A stretch of 64,000 nt of DNA, taken from contig CAZRVA010000002.1 of NCBI GenBank assembly GCA_964603255.1, positions 1,159 through 65,158 of the forward strand, read 5' to 3'. A program made the translations under genes and the position numbers. The notes beneath the pieces were generated by a model. It worked only from the letters and a program-made list of their open reading frames with translations, did no database searches and was not told the origin of the DNA. The stretch is from an uncultured Chitinophaga sp. GTDB lineage: Bacteria > Bacteroidota > Bacteroidia > UKL13-3. Numbering within the stretch: the first letter of the stretch is position 1; the number at the start of each line of letters is the position of its first letter. Shown here piece by piece: positions 26,537-35,366 of this stretch.

Positions 26537-28228
26537 TTATGCTGTGTATTTGCGTTTACGAATAATTTTATTGGTTAAACCGAAAATCAAAATCAAAACA
26601 ATCGGCACAACCATGTTAACGATTTGCCACTTTAAACGCTCTGATTTTAGCTTACCTTTATCCAACAAACGAAGTTTAATTTCCTTTGCACGCACTTCAA
26701 TTATACCACTATCATCACACAAATAATCCATACAGTTTAATAAAAAACGCTTATTACCAAACTGTTGGTTGGTGTACCTATCATAACCTAATGGAAAAAT
26801 CTCTCCTGTGCTTTGTTTGCGTTGATTGCGTATTACGTCACCATCAGCAACTACAATCATCTTACCATTATCAATAGAAGATTTGTATGGCAATGCATCA
26901 GTTTTAGCACCTTCTCTGTACTGAAATAACGAATTAAATTTACCTTCAAGTAAAACAGCCAATGGTACATTACCTGATGTAAACATGGATGGATCGGGCT
27001 GTGTGCGAGCCATATTTAAATCAACCTTTACCGGAGCACCAACCGTACGTGAATATGGTGATGAAGTTAACAAAATAGTTTTCTTAACTTCTTTGTTTGA
27101 TGTGGTATCTATGCTACTTGCAAACTGAAAAAATACAGGATCAATTCCTTTTACAATAATATGTGCGTTTTGTTGAGGTGGCGCTGCTACCGGGAAAAAC
27201 ATCCAAGGTAATAATTTTTGTTGTGGTGTTCCGTTGCGTAATGTGCTTAATATGGGAATGGCATTGCATTGTAAATCTTGTACCATGTTTGGATTAATAC
27301 GTACGCCCCATTTAAATAACATGTCATCTAAATTTAAGTCATAGCTGCCTGTCATAAACATAGCACCTTTACCAAGGCTGTCCATATCGGCAATTTGCGA
27401 TTCTAGTAACCACAAAATTTTGCCGCCATGCATCACAAATTGATCCAATAAAAATTTTTCGTATTCGTTAAATGGCATTGATGGTTTGGCAATTATCAAT
27501 GCATCATTTTTCATTAAACTTTGTGGTGTTTGAATGGCTAACGGAATACGCGTTACCGCATAAAACTCTTTCAACTCGTTTGATGCATCAGCCACATCCC
27601 AACGCGCTAACTCGCCATGATCATCAATAAAAGCAACTTGTTTAGCTTTGGTTTTTACGCATTTTCTTAGCACGTTGGCAATTTCATACTCCATCAATTC
27701 TATCGATTCGTTAATTACCTCTTCCGGACCTTGACCAAACTGTGCCTTTAATAAATTAACAGGAACCTCTTTGCCTTTATAGTAAAACATGGCTCCGGGC
27801 ACAATTAACTTTTGCGTTGATTCATCATCTTTTTTGATTTGTACATTGGTAGGCTGTAATCCTTTTTCGCCTAACTCTTGCAAAATATCATTGGCTTTTT
27901 TTGCATCGGCATTTTCAAACGGATCAACAAATTCGTATTGTAATTTGCCGTTAGTGTAAGCTGCAAACTCATCCAACATTTCTTTGGCTGATTGACGCAA
28001 ACGTTTAAAACCAGCAGGAAAATCGCCCTCAAGGTATACTTTAACAAACATTACATCATCAACCTTAGCGGCTAAGTTTTTACTGCTTTCCGATAACGAA
28101 TAACGTTTCTCGGATGTTAAATCAATCCTAAAAAAATAGTTGGTTAATATTAGGTTCAACAAAATAAGTAAGCCCAATACTAAACCTAACTCCGTTAACG
28201 ATTGTAGTTTAAAATTTCTTTTTTTCAT
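26537..28228 (-). CDS. gldG: Gliding motility-associated ABC transporter accessory/substrate-binding component GldG
   Basis: 563 aa with N- and C-terminal TM anchors and a large periplasmic domain (ABC_transp_aux-like). It lies immediately downstream of the GldF-like permease. Confidence 0.7.
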   Translation of the reverse strand: MKKRNFKLQSLTELGLVLGLLILLNLILTNYFFRIDLTSEKRYSLSESSKNLAAKVDDVMFVKVYLEGDFPAGFKRLRQSAKEMLDEFAAYTNGKLQYEFVDPFENADAKKANDILQELGEKGLQPTNVQIKKDDESTQKLIVPGAMFYYKGKEVPVNLLKAQFGQGPEEVINESIELMEYEIANVLRKCVKTKAKQVAFIDDHGELARWDVADASNELKEFYAVTRIPLAIQTPQSLMKNDALIIAKPSMPFNEYEKFLLDQFVMHGGKILWLLESQIADMDSLGKGAMFMTGSYDLNLDDMLFKWGVRINPNMVQDLQCNAIPILSTLRNGTPQQKLLPWMFFPVAAPPQQNAHIIVKGIDPVFFQFASSIDTTSNKEVKKTILLTSSPYSRTVGAPVKVDLNMARTQPDPSMFTSGNVPLAVLLEGKFNSLFQYREGAKTDALPYKSSIDNGKMIVVADGDVIRNQRKQSTGEIFPLGYDRYTNQQFGNKRFLLNCMDYLCDDSGIIEVRAKEIKLRLLDKGKLKSERLKWQIVNMVVPIVLILIFGLTNKIIRKRKYTA

Positions 28229-28271
28229 GTGTAACGCTCAGCGTTTATATCAAAAAATTACAATACTTAAA

Positions 28272-29000
28272 TTACCACTTGCGTGAACCAAATATGGTTT
28301 TGGTTGACCATAAAAATGCAGTAATGATACTTAAAAAATAAAGTACATCACGACTATCTAATACACCTCTACTCATAGAATCGTAATGCGCTTTTATACC
28401 TAACGATGCTACAATACTATCGTAAGTTCCTAGCAAGTTAAAGTTGGCCAACATATCAAACAACGCATAAAAACTGTAGCATAAAAACATGCTTACTATA
28501 AACGATACAATTTGATTATCGGTAATAGCAGATGCAAAAATACCAATGGCCACAAAGCTGCTTGCTAAAAAAAACAACCCAATGTATGAGCCCCATGTTG
28601 CACCAATATCTATATTACCTTTTGGTGCTCCCAATTGATAAACCGTATAAAAATAAAGTAGTGTTGGTATTAATGAAAACAATACCAATACCACACCGGC
28701 AAAATATTTACCTAAAATAATTTGGGTATCGGTTAATGGTTTTGTGGTGATGATTTCTATGGTACCACTCTTTTTTTCTTCGCTAAAACTACGCATGGTA
28801 ATAGCCGAAATTAAAAAAATAAACACCCACGGAGCCATACCAAATAAAGTATCCATATTGGCATAACCCATATCAAAAATATTATACTCAGGTAACACCC
28901 ACATAAATAATCCAATCGCTATTAAAAATACAGTAATTACTACGTATGCAATTAATGAGCTTAGGAACGATCTGATTTCTTTTTTAAGTATTGTATACAT
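28272..29000 (-). CDS. gldF: Gliding motility-associated ABC transporter permease GldF
   Basis: 242-aa, six-TM ABC-2 type permease positioned between the gldA-like and gldG-like genes. Confidence 0.7.
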   Translation of the reverse strand: MYTILKKEIRSFLSSLIAYVVITVFLIAIGLFMWVLPEYNIFDMGYANMDTLFGMAPWVFIFLISAITMRSFSEEKKSGTIEIITTKPLTDTQIILGKYFAGVVLVLFSLIPTLLYFYTVYQLGAPKGNIDIGATWGSYIGLFFLASSFVAIGIFASAITDNQIVSFIVSMFLCYSFYALFDMLANFNLLGTYDSIVASLGIKAHYDSMSRGVLDSRDVLYFLSIITAFLWSTKTIFGSRKW

Positions 29001-29008
29001 GTAAACAA

Positions 29009-29911
29009 TTATTTAGTAGTCAACTTTTGGAAAACAGATTCTAGTGAGTCTTCTTCCAAACTCATTGATAACAACACCCAACCTTGTTGTGATGATAAAG
29101 TAGAAACTTGCTCACGCACATCATCCGAACATTTTAAAAAGTACCTTTTACCTTTTTGCTTTACCGCTTTTACTCCGGCAATATTCTTTAGCATGGCCTC
29201 TTTTACTTCATTTTTAAATTCAACCACAATGGTTAATTCGTGTTTACTTTGTTGTTGCAGGGCAGAGATGTTATCATCGGCAACTATTTTACCACGATTA
29301 ATAATAATAACGCGGTTACACATGCTCTCTACTTCTTGCATAATGTGGGTTGATAACAACACCGTTTTATCTTTCCCAATTTCTTTAATCAACTCCCGTA
29401 TTTCTACAACTTGGTTTGGATCTAAACCCGAAGTTGGTTCATCTAATATCAACACTTTTGGGTTATGCAACATTGCTTGTGCAAGTCCAACACGTTGTTT
29501 GTAACCTTTACTTAACTGACCAATTTTCTTTTTACGCTCAAGGCTCAAACCAACACGTTCAATCATTTCATCAACCCTACTTTTTGCTTCTTTACCTAAT
29601 CCCTGAACCTCGGCACTAAACAGCAAGTATTCCTTTACAAACATATCGGTGTATAGTGGGTTTAACTCCGGTAAATAGCCAATGTGTTTCTTCACTTCCA
29701 TGGTTTGGGTTGATACATCAAAACCACATACCTTGGCAATACCACTAGTTTGAGGAATATATCCTGTTAAGATTTTCATGGTGGTTGATTTACCGGCTCC
29801 GTTTGGACCTAAAAAACCCAATATTTCACCCTGCTTGGCCTCAAACGAAATTTCGTCAAGCGCACGTTGCGTTCCGTAAATTTTGGTAAGCTTCTCTACT
29901 TGTATACTCAT
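29009..29911 (-). CDS. gldA: Gliding motility-associated ABC transporter ATP-binding subunit GldA
   Basis: 300 aa with Walker A GPNGAGKST, signature LSKGYKQRV and Walker B LILDEPTSGLD. Confidence 0.75.
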   Translation of the reverse strand: MSIQVEKLTKIYGTQRALDEISFEAKQGEILGFLGPNGAGKSTTMKILTGYIPQTSGIAKVCGFDVSTQTMEVKKHIGYLPELNPLYTDMFVKEYLLFSAEVQGLGKEAKSRVDEMIERVGLSLERKKKIGQLSKGYKQRVGLAQAMLHNPKVLILDEPTSGLDPNQVVEIRELIKEIGKDKTVLLSTHIMQEVESMCNRVIIINRGKIVADDNISALQQQSKHELTIVVEFKNEVKEAMLKNIAGVKAVKQKGKRYFLKCSDDVREQVSTLSSQQGWVLLSMSLEEDSLESVFQKLTTK

Positions 29912-29961
29912 CGAATAAAATGAAAGTCAGCGAAAATAGGCAAAAGGTTGTTAAGCTGCAC

Positions 29962-29991
29962 AAATAAAAAAGGCTTGCATGTGCAAGCCTT
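29962..29991 (-). terminator. Rho-independent terminator
   Basis: Perfect stem AGGCTTGCA (29971-79) / TGCAAGCCT (29982-90), followed on the minus strand by TTTTTATTT. Confidence 0.65.
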
Positions 29992-29995
29992 AGTA

Positions 29996-31228
29996 TTAGT
30001 TAATCAGTATTTTATGATAGGTATAACCTTCAATTGTTTGTATTCTAATAAAATAAAACCCTGGTGGCAAACCGTATTTTAGGGTTGATATTCGATAACC
30101 GTTCGGTTGTTCTTCCAAATCCTCAGGTTTTACAACAACAAGCTGTCCTGTAGTGTTCATTAAACCAAAGGATAAAATTTTATGCTCAGTATCAATAAAT
30201 AACTCATCTTTGGTTGGGTTTGGATAAATATTAGAAGTTGGCTTAAATGCTTCTTTTATTGATGTAGTCATAGGTCCGATGTACAATGCATTATCGAAAA
30301 CTATGGTATGGTCGGCTGGAGTCTCACGTAACACAAGGTTGTAATATCCAGTAAACTCCCAATTTATAGGTATTGATAATGTTGTTTTTATTTGGTTGGC
30401 CGAAATAACCGATGTATTTAAACAAGAAAGCTGAGTAGCTCCCTTGAAGAAGTAGGCATTGTAGGTTCCGCTAGCTTGTGTAAAATCAATATTTACGCCA
30501 GTTATGGTTAAATCCAAAGTTTGTCCAACAGTTGTTAAATGAGGTGAAACACTAACAATTTGAGGAGCACCACCAGGTTGATAAACAAGTAATCCTCTGC
30601 CAGGATTATACAATCTACCCTCTTGAGCCACATCTACATAAAACGCATAATAGCCATTACTTACAGTTGGACCAATGGTAACATTGGTAACCACAGTAGT
30701 ATCATTAATGGCATTAACACTGTTAACTGTTATGCTTGATGCCTGTGCAAAAAAACCAGCTTGTATTTGTGTTGCCTGCATAAACGTAGTGCCTTCGCCT
30801 GTTATGGTTAGGTCTAGAGTTTGTCCATTGGTAGCCGACTCTGGTGTGTATGACTTAATCTTAGGTATTACACCTTGGCTATTCACAACAGTAAAAGCTT
30901 CTGCCTTGCTCATGAATGGAATACCCGATCCACCCACACTTACCTGACACTTCTGATAATTGGCATTTTGTGGTATGGTGATGTTGGCTATCAAATTTGT
31001 ACCACTTAATACTGCAACCGAATTAGCCCTTATGGCAGTAGCTGCATTAAAAACTGTAACAGCAATGTTTGATCCTTGGGCAAAATTTGTTTGCGAGCCG
31101 GTAATCTGAAGGTTCAAAGTTTGACCTCGCTGGCCTTGGTTTGGTGTGATGTTTACAATGCTGGGAGTTTGCGCAAAAGCAAATCCTGTCATCACCAAAA
31201 AAGAGAACATGGTTAAAATGGTTTTCAT
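29996..31228 (-). CDS. T9SS-sorted surface protein with three IPT/TIG-like repeats
   Basis: Signal peptide from ATG 31228 (MKTILTMFSFLVMTGFAFAQ). Three roughly 95-aa repeats each start P.I..(I/Y/V).P..G..GQTL(N/D)L.ITG. C-terminal type-A sorting domain (IYPNPTKDELFI ... FYFIRIQT). Confidence 0.7.
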   Translation of the reverse strand: MKTILTMFSFLVMTGFAFAQTPSIVNITPNQGQRGQTLNLQITGSQTNFAQGSNIAVTVFNAATAIRANSVAVLSGTNLIANITIPQNANYQKCQVSVGGSGIPFMSKAEAFTVVNSQGVIPKIKSYTPESATNGQTLDLTITGEGTTFMQATQIQAGFFAQASSITVNSVNAINDTTVVTNVTIGPTVSNGYYAFYVDVAQEGRLYNPGRGLLVYQPGGAPQIVSVSPHLTTVGQTLDLTITGVNIDFTQASGTYNAYFFKGATQLSCLNTSVISANQIKTTLSIPINWEFTGYYNLVLRETPADHTIVFDNALYIGPMTTSIKEAFKPTSNIYPNPTKDELFIDTEHKILSFGLMNTTGQLVVVKPEDLEEQPNGYRISTLKYGLPPGFYFIRIQTIEGYTYHKILIN

Positions 31229-31275
31229 AAGTATTGGTTTGGTTAACACGAATTTAGCTGAATTCCTGAAAATTC

Positions 31276-33213
31276 CTATTCGTAAAAATAACTAATGGGT
31301 TTTTCATAAGCATCTTTCAACTTCTCCTTAATCAACGTATCGTTGGTTAACAGTTCACCTACGCGCTGCTGTTCCTCAGCATTAAGTTTACTTTTTTCTT
31401 CGTTTAAATAGGCCTTTGCAATTGCAATTGCAAAAGTGATGTACTGCAAATTTTGCTCATCATATTTAAAAGTTGCTATCATGCGCCATGCATCTTTATA
31501 ACGACCAACATTGTAATATGCACCGGCAAGCGTACTTATTCCATCCGAAAATGTAGGAGATATTACATTGGCCTGTTCAAGTAATGGAATGCCCAATTGG
31601 TAATTTTGTTCTTTGGTATAACAAACACCCAAATTATTTAATACATGTATTTGATGAGGATTGGCTTGATATGCCTCCTCAAAATACTTTTTTGCCATTG
31701 GTAAATCACCCGAAGTAAAATACGCAACACCTGTATACCAACTTACCGGAATTGAAAAATAATCCATGTTAAACATGCTAGTGTTGGCTTTAACTGAAGT
31801 ATTTATTAATACATTCCAGTTTTGGTTTTGATGAGCCTTGTACATTTTATTCAACTGCAATTCGCTGTTCCATCTTAATTTGGCTGTATACAAACCAAAG
31901 CATGCCATAAAAAGTAATCCAAGTAAAACTGTCTTAAAAGGCAATACAACTAACTTACCCCATTTTACCGAAGCCAACGCAAAAGCAGCTACAAGCAAAA
32001 ATACAAAACTGTGTTCTACACGCTCAAGTGGAAAATCAACCAGTGCAACCACCATGTAACTGACTATAAAAGCAGCAAGTATATTGGTATCTAAAAAGGT
32101 ATTGTTTGGTTTGATTTTTAACAATGCAATCAACACCAAACTAAAAATTAACAAATAAGTTATGCCTCCCAAAAAACCAGTTTCACAGAGTACCCATAAA
32201 AAATCGTTGTGAGGACGTTGGAATGTGGTTAAGCCCTCTGTTACACGGTAATTAAATTCGTAAAACTTTTGTACACCATATTTAGGCAACATAATTTGCC
32301 AGTTTCCCGCTCCTACACCCATTGGATATTCTTTAAACATTTGCCAACTATTTTGCCAAAGAGCAGCACGTTCCTTAAAACTTTCGGTGCGTGTAATAAC
32401 AGAAAATTTATCCCTAAAAATGTAAGTAGCACCACTAAAAAATAAAATCCCTAATACCAATAAAATAGGCAGAAATAATTTGTTGGTTTGATTTTGTTTG
32501 GTGTAGTTTTTAAACAATAAAAAAGCATAAAATAATACACCAATAATAAGTGCTAATAATGCTGCTCGAGTTTGCAAAAACAACAGTAATACAAGTACCA
32601 AAAAGCATAACAACATCAACAAAATTTTATACCTTATTTTGGTTTGATTTTTAATTCCAATAACTACAAAAGGAAACGTGAACAACAAGTAAGACGAAAG
32701 CAAATTTTTATGTCCAAACGTGGCATTTATCTTATAAACGTTATCGCTTTCCAATAAATTGATGTGTAGTTTATTTAGCAGAAAAACATCTTTTAAAACT
32801 AAGGCAACCGTAATAAAACAAGACGCAATTAAACCATACACCACATATTTAAATTGTATGATTTGATTGGCATACAGGAAATAACTCACCAAACTAACTG
32901 CAACAAACAACGATATTTTTGTAGCCACAAAAACAGCTTCAATTTGGTTGGTGGCATTTAAAACAGAATACCAATAAAATATGGCCAATAAGCCAAACGG
33001 TAACAACGCCCATGCATGATAATCTTGAACAAGGCTTTTTCCATTGGCAAGCAAATAAATCACACCAACCAAAACATATACACCCAATACAGCAAAACGC
33101 GGAATTAAATTAGGATCAACCCCTGATTCATTATAAACCAATGGCATCATGGCCAATAACACCATTAAAAAGTAATTCATCCACTGCTGCGATTTAATAG
33201 TTTTTGTTTTCAT
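31276..33213 (-). CDS. O-antigen ligase/polymerase (Wzy_C)-like polytopic membrane protein with C-terminal TPR repeats
   Basis: About 645 aa from ATG 33213, with more than 10 TM helices, the Wzy_C-like stretch LQTRAALLALIIGVLFY, and C-terminal TPR motifs (AKKYFEEAYQANPHQ, GAYYNVGRYKDAW). Confidence 0.6.
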   Translation of the reverse strand: MKTKTIKSQQWMNYFLMVLLAMMPLVYNESGVDPNLIPRFAVLGVYVLVGVIYLLANGKSLVQDYHAWALLPFGLLAIFYWYSVLNATNQIEAVFVATKISLFVAVSLVSYFLYANQIIQFKYVVYGLIASCFITVALVLKDVFLLNKLHINLLESDNVYKINATFGHKNLLSSYLLFTFPFVVIGIKNQTKIRYKILLMLLCFLVLVLLLFLQTRAALLALIIGVLFYAFLLFKNYTKQNQTNKLFLPILLVLGILFFSGATYIFRDKFSVITRTESFKERAALWQNSWQMFKEYPMGVGAGNWQIMLPKYGVQKFYEFNYRVTEGLTTFQRPHNDFLWVLCETGFLGGITYLLIFSLVLIALLKIKPNNTFLDTNILAAFIVSYMVVALVDFPLERVEHSFVFLLVAAFALASVKWGKLVVLPFKTVLLGLLFMACFGLYTAKLRWNSELQLNKMYKAHQNQNWNVLINTSVKANTSMFNMDYFSIPVSWYTGVAYFTSGDLPMAKKYFEEAYQANPHQIHVLNNLGVCYTKEQNYQLGIPLLEQANVISPTFSDGISTLAGAYYNVGRYKDAWRMIATFKYDEQNLQYITFAIAIAKAYLNEEKSKLNAEEQQRVGELLTNDTLIKEKLKDAYEKPISYFYE

Positions 33214-33434
33214 GTTTGAGTAATAACCAAAGCTAAAAATAATATTCAGCATTCAACCCAAAAACCAAATGTCGCAATTTTAAAAAATGCGGTTTAGGTT
33301 GATTTAGGATTTTAACCCTCGTTTTTTCAAAAAATCACCCCACTTCGCACCACAATTTATAATTATTTGATTTTCTGTTTTTTGTTTCGTTTTTCACACC
33401 TTATCAACCCTAAATTTTGCATTACTTTTCCACA

Positions 33435-33461
33435 AAAGTGGGGGAAAGTGGAGAAAAGTGG
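33435..33461 (+). promoter_or_regulatory. MraZ operator: three direct AAAGTGG repeats with exact 10-bp phasing
   Basis: aAAAGTGGgg / gAAAGTGGag / aAAAGTGGat, with GTGG at 33438-41, 33448-51 and 33458-61, 43 bp upstream of the mraZ start. This matches the GTGG(G)/TGGGN direct-repeat operator described for MraZ. Confidence 0.7.
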
Positions 33462-33503
33462 ATTTTTTGATTTAGTTTAGCGCTGTCTTAAAAAAGTAAA
33501 ATT

Positions 33504-33971
33504 TTGTCGCAGCTACACGGAGAATATGAATGTAAACTGGATGCCAAGGGAAGGTTAATCATACCTGCTGCCCTTAAAAAACAGTTGCCTGAAGCTGCCA
33601 AAGACACTTTCTTTATTAACCGTGGTTTCGAAAAATGCTGTGTTTTGTACCCAAGCAACGAGTGGGAAACCATTGCAGCAGAAATCAATAAACTAAGCGA
33701 TTACATTAAAAAAGAGCGTGAGTTTAAACGCTACTTTTTACGTGGTGCAAGCCAATTAGAAATGGATAGCGCAAGCCGCGTTTTGGTTCCTAAAAACATG
33801 TTAGAGTATGCAGGTATAACTTCAAACGAAGTGGTGCTATTGGCATACGGAAACAAAATAGAACTGTGGGGTAAAGCTGCTTACCAACAAATGTTGGATA
33901 ACGAGCCTGAAGACTTTAGCGCATTAGCCGAAGAGGTAATGAGTAAACGCGAAAGGAGGAACGATGAGTAA
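33504..33971 (+). CDS. mraZ: Division/cell wall cluster transcriptional regulator MraZ
   Basis: 155 aa with a TTG start: GEYECKLDAKGRLIIPAALKKQL plus a second SpoVT/AbrB-like half (DSASRVLVPKNML). Confidence 0.9.
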   Translation: MSQLHGEYECKLDAKGRLIIPAALKKQLPEAAKDTFFINRGFEKCCVLYPSNEWETIAAEINKLSDYIKKEREFKRYFLRGASQLEMDSASRVLVPKNMLEYAGITSNEVVLLAYGNKIELWGKAAYQQMLDNEPEDFSALAEEVMSKRERRNDE

Positions 33972-34884
33972 CACAGGTTATCATGTTCCGGTAATGTTAC
34001 AAGAATGCTTAGATGGATTAAATATTAAACCGGATGGCGTTTATGTAGATGTAACTTTTGGTGGTGGCGGGCACAGCAGAGCAATACTTGAGCGCCTTGG
34101 ACCAAAAGGAAAGTTAATTGCTTTTGATCAGGATGAAGATGCCAAACGTAATTTACCTGATGATGAGAGACTGGTATTTATAGATCAGAACTTTGAGTTT
34201 ATTAAAAATCATATTCAATACCAAGGCCTATTACCTGTAGATGGTTTATTGGCTGATTTAGGCGTTTCATCTCACCAATTTGATGTAGACGAGCGTGGTT
34301 TTAGTTACCGCTTTGATGATGCCATGTTAGATATGCGTATGGACAGAACCGCAGGTAAAAGTGCTGCTGATTTTTTAAATACCGCAACTGAAACTGAATT
34401 AGCAGATGCATTTTATTTCTATGGTGAGTTGAACCAGGCTCGCAGTATGGCCAAACAAATTGTGGTTGGTAGACAAGGCAGAAACATAAGCACCGTTGCC
34501 GATTTAAAAAACATATTAAGTCAGTTTGCACCTAAATTTAAAGACTACAAATTTTGGAGCCAAGTTTTTCAAGCACTTCGCATTGAGGTAAACAGAGAAT
34601 TAGAAGTATTAAAGAGTTTACTAAACCAATGTGCTGATGTAATAAAACCGGGAGGCAGATTGGTAATAATGAGTTACCACAGTCTTGAAGATAGATTGGT
34701 GAAAAACTACATCAACAGCGGAAATTTTAAAGGCGAATTAGAAAAAGATTTTTTCGGGAATGCTATTAAACCTTTCAGTGCATTGAGTAAAAAAGCCATT
34801 ACAGCATCAACGAAAGAATTGGAAGAAAACACCAGATCAAGGAGTGCTAAACTGAGAATAGCAGAAAGAAATACAATTAAATAA
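33964..34884 (+). CDS. rsmH: 16S rRNA (cytosine1402-N4)-methyltransferase
   Basis: 306 aa: HVPVMLQECLDGL, DVTFGGGGHS, SYHSLEDRLVK. Overlaps mraZ by 8 nt. Confidence 0.9.
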   Translation: MSNTGYHVPVMLQECLDGLNIKPDGVYVDVTFGGGGHSRAILERLGPKGKLIAFDQDEDAKRNLPDDERLVFIDQNFEFIKNHIQYQGLLPVDGLLADLGVSSHQFDVDERGFSYRFDDAMLDMRMDRTAGKSAADFLNTATETELADAFYFYGELNQARSMAKQIVVGRQGRNISTVADLKNILSQFAPKFKDYKFWSQVFQALRIEVNRELEVLKSLLNQCADVIKPGGRLVIMSYHSLEDRLVKNYINSGNFKGELEKDFFGNAIKPFSALSKKAITASTKELEENTRSRSAKLRIAERNTIK

Positions 34885-34906
34885 TAACTGAATCCATAAA
34901 TAATAA

Positions 34907-35296
34907 ATGGCAAACAGAATAATAACAGAAACCGAGGAAGAACAAGAAGAGTTAGCTCAAGAAGAAAGACCAAAAGAAACTTCGAAGCTAACAAGTGCCA
35001 TGAAAAAAATGGCCGACTTCGACTTCAATATCTCCAAAGAATGGATGATGAAACAAATTCCATTCGGACTTTTTGTTATGGTGCTATTGCTGATACACAT
35101 TTATAATGTTCACACAACAGAACGAATTATAAGAAATACAGATAAACTAAACAAAGAAATAAAAGAACTGCGATCAGAGTATATCACCATTTTAAGTCAG
35201 TTGATGAGCGAAAGTAAACAATCAACCGTAGCACAAAAATTAGATACACTTGGCATAAAAGAACTTACATCACCACCAATAAAAATAACATACTAA
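34907..35296 (+). CDS. ftsL: Cell division protein FtsL-like
   Basis: 129 aa with a single TM helix (IPFGLFVMVLLLIHIY) followed by a coiled-coil, in the position between rsmH and ftsI. Confidence 0.6.
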   Translation: MANRIITETEEEQEELAQEERPKETSKLTSAMKKMADFDFNISKEWMMKQIPFGLFVMVLLLIHIYNVHTTERIIRNTDKLNKEIKELRSEYITILSQLMSESKQSTVAQKLDTLGIKELTSPPIKITY

Positions 35297-35366
35297 TAAC
35301 GAATCAACCAAAAACAAATAACCAATCAACTAATAACAAGTCAACCAATCAACCAATAACTAAACC

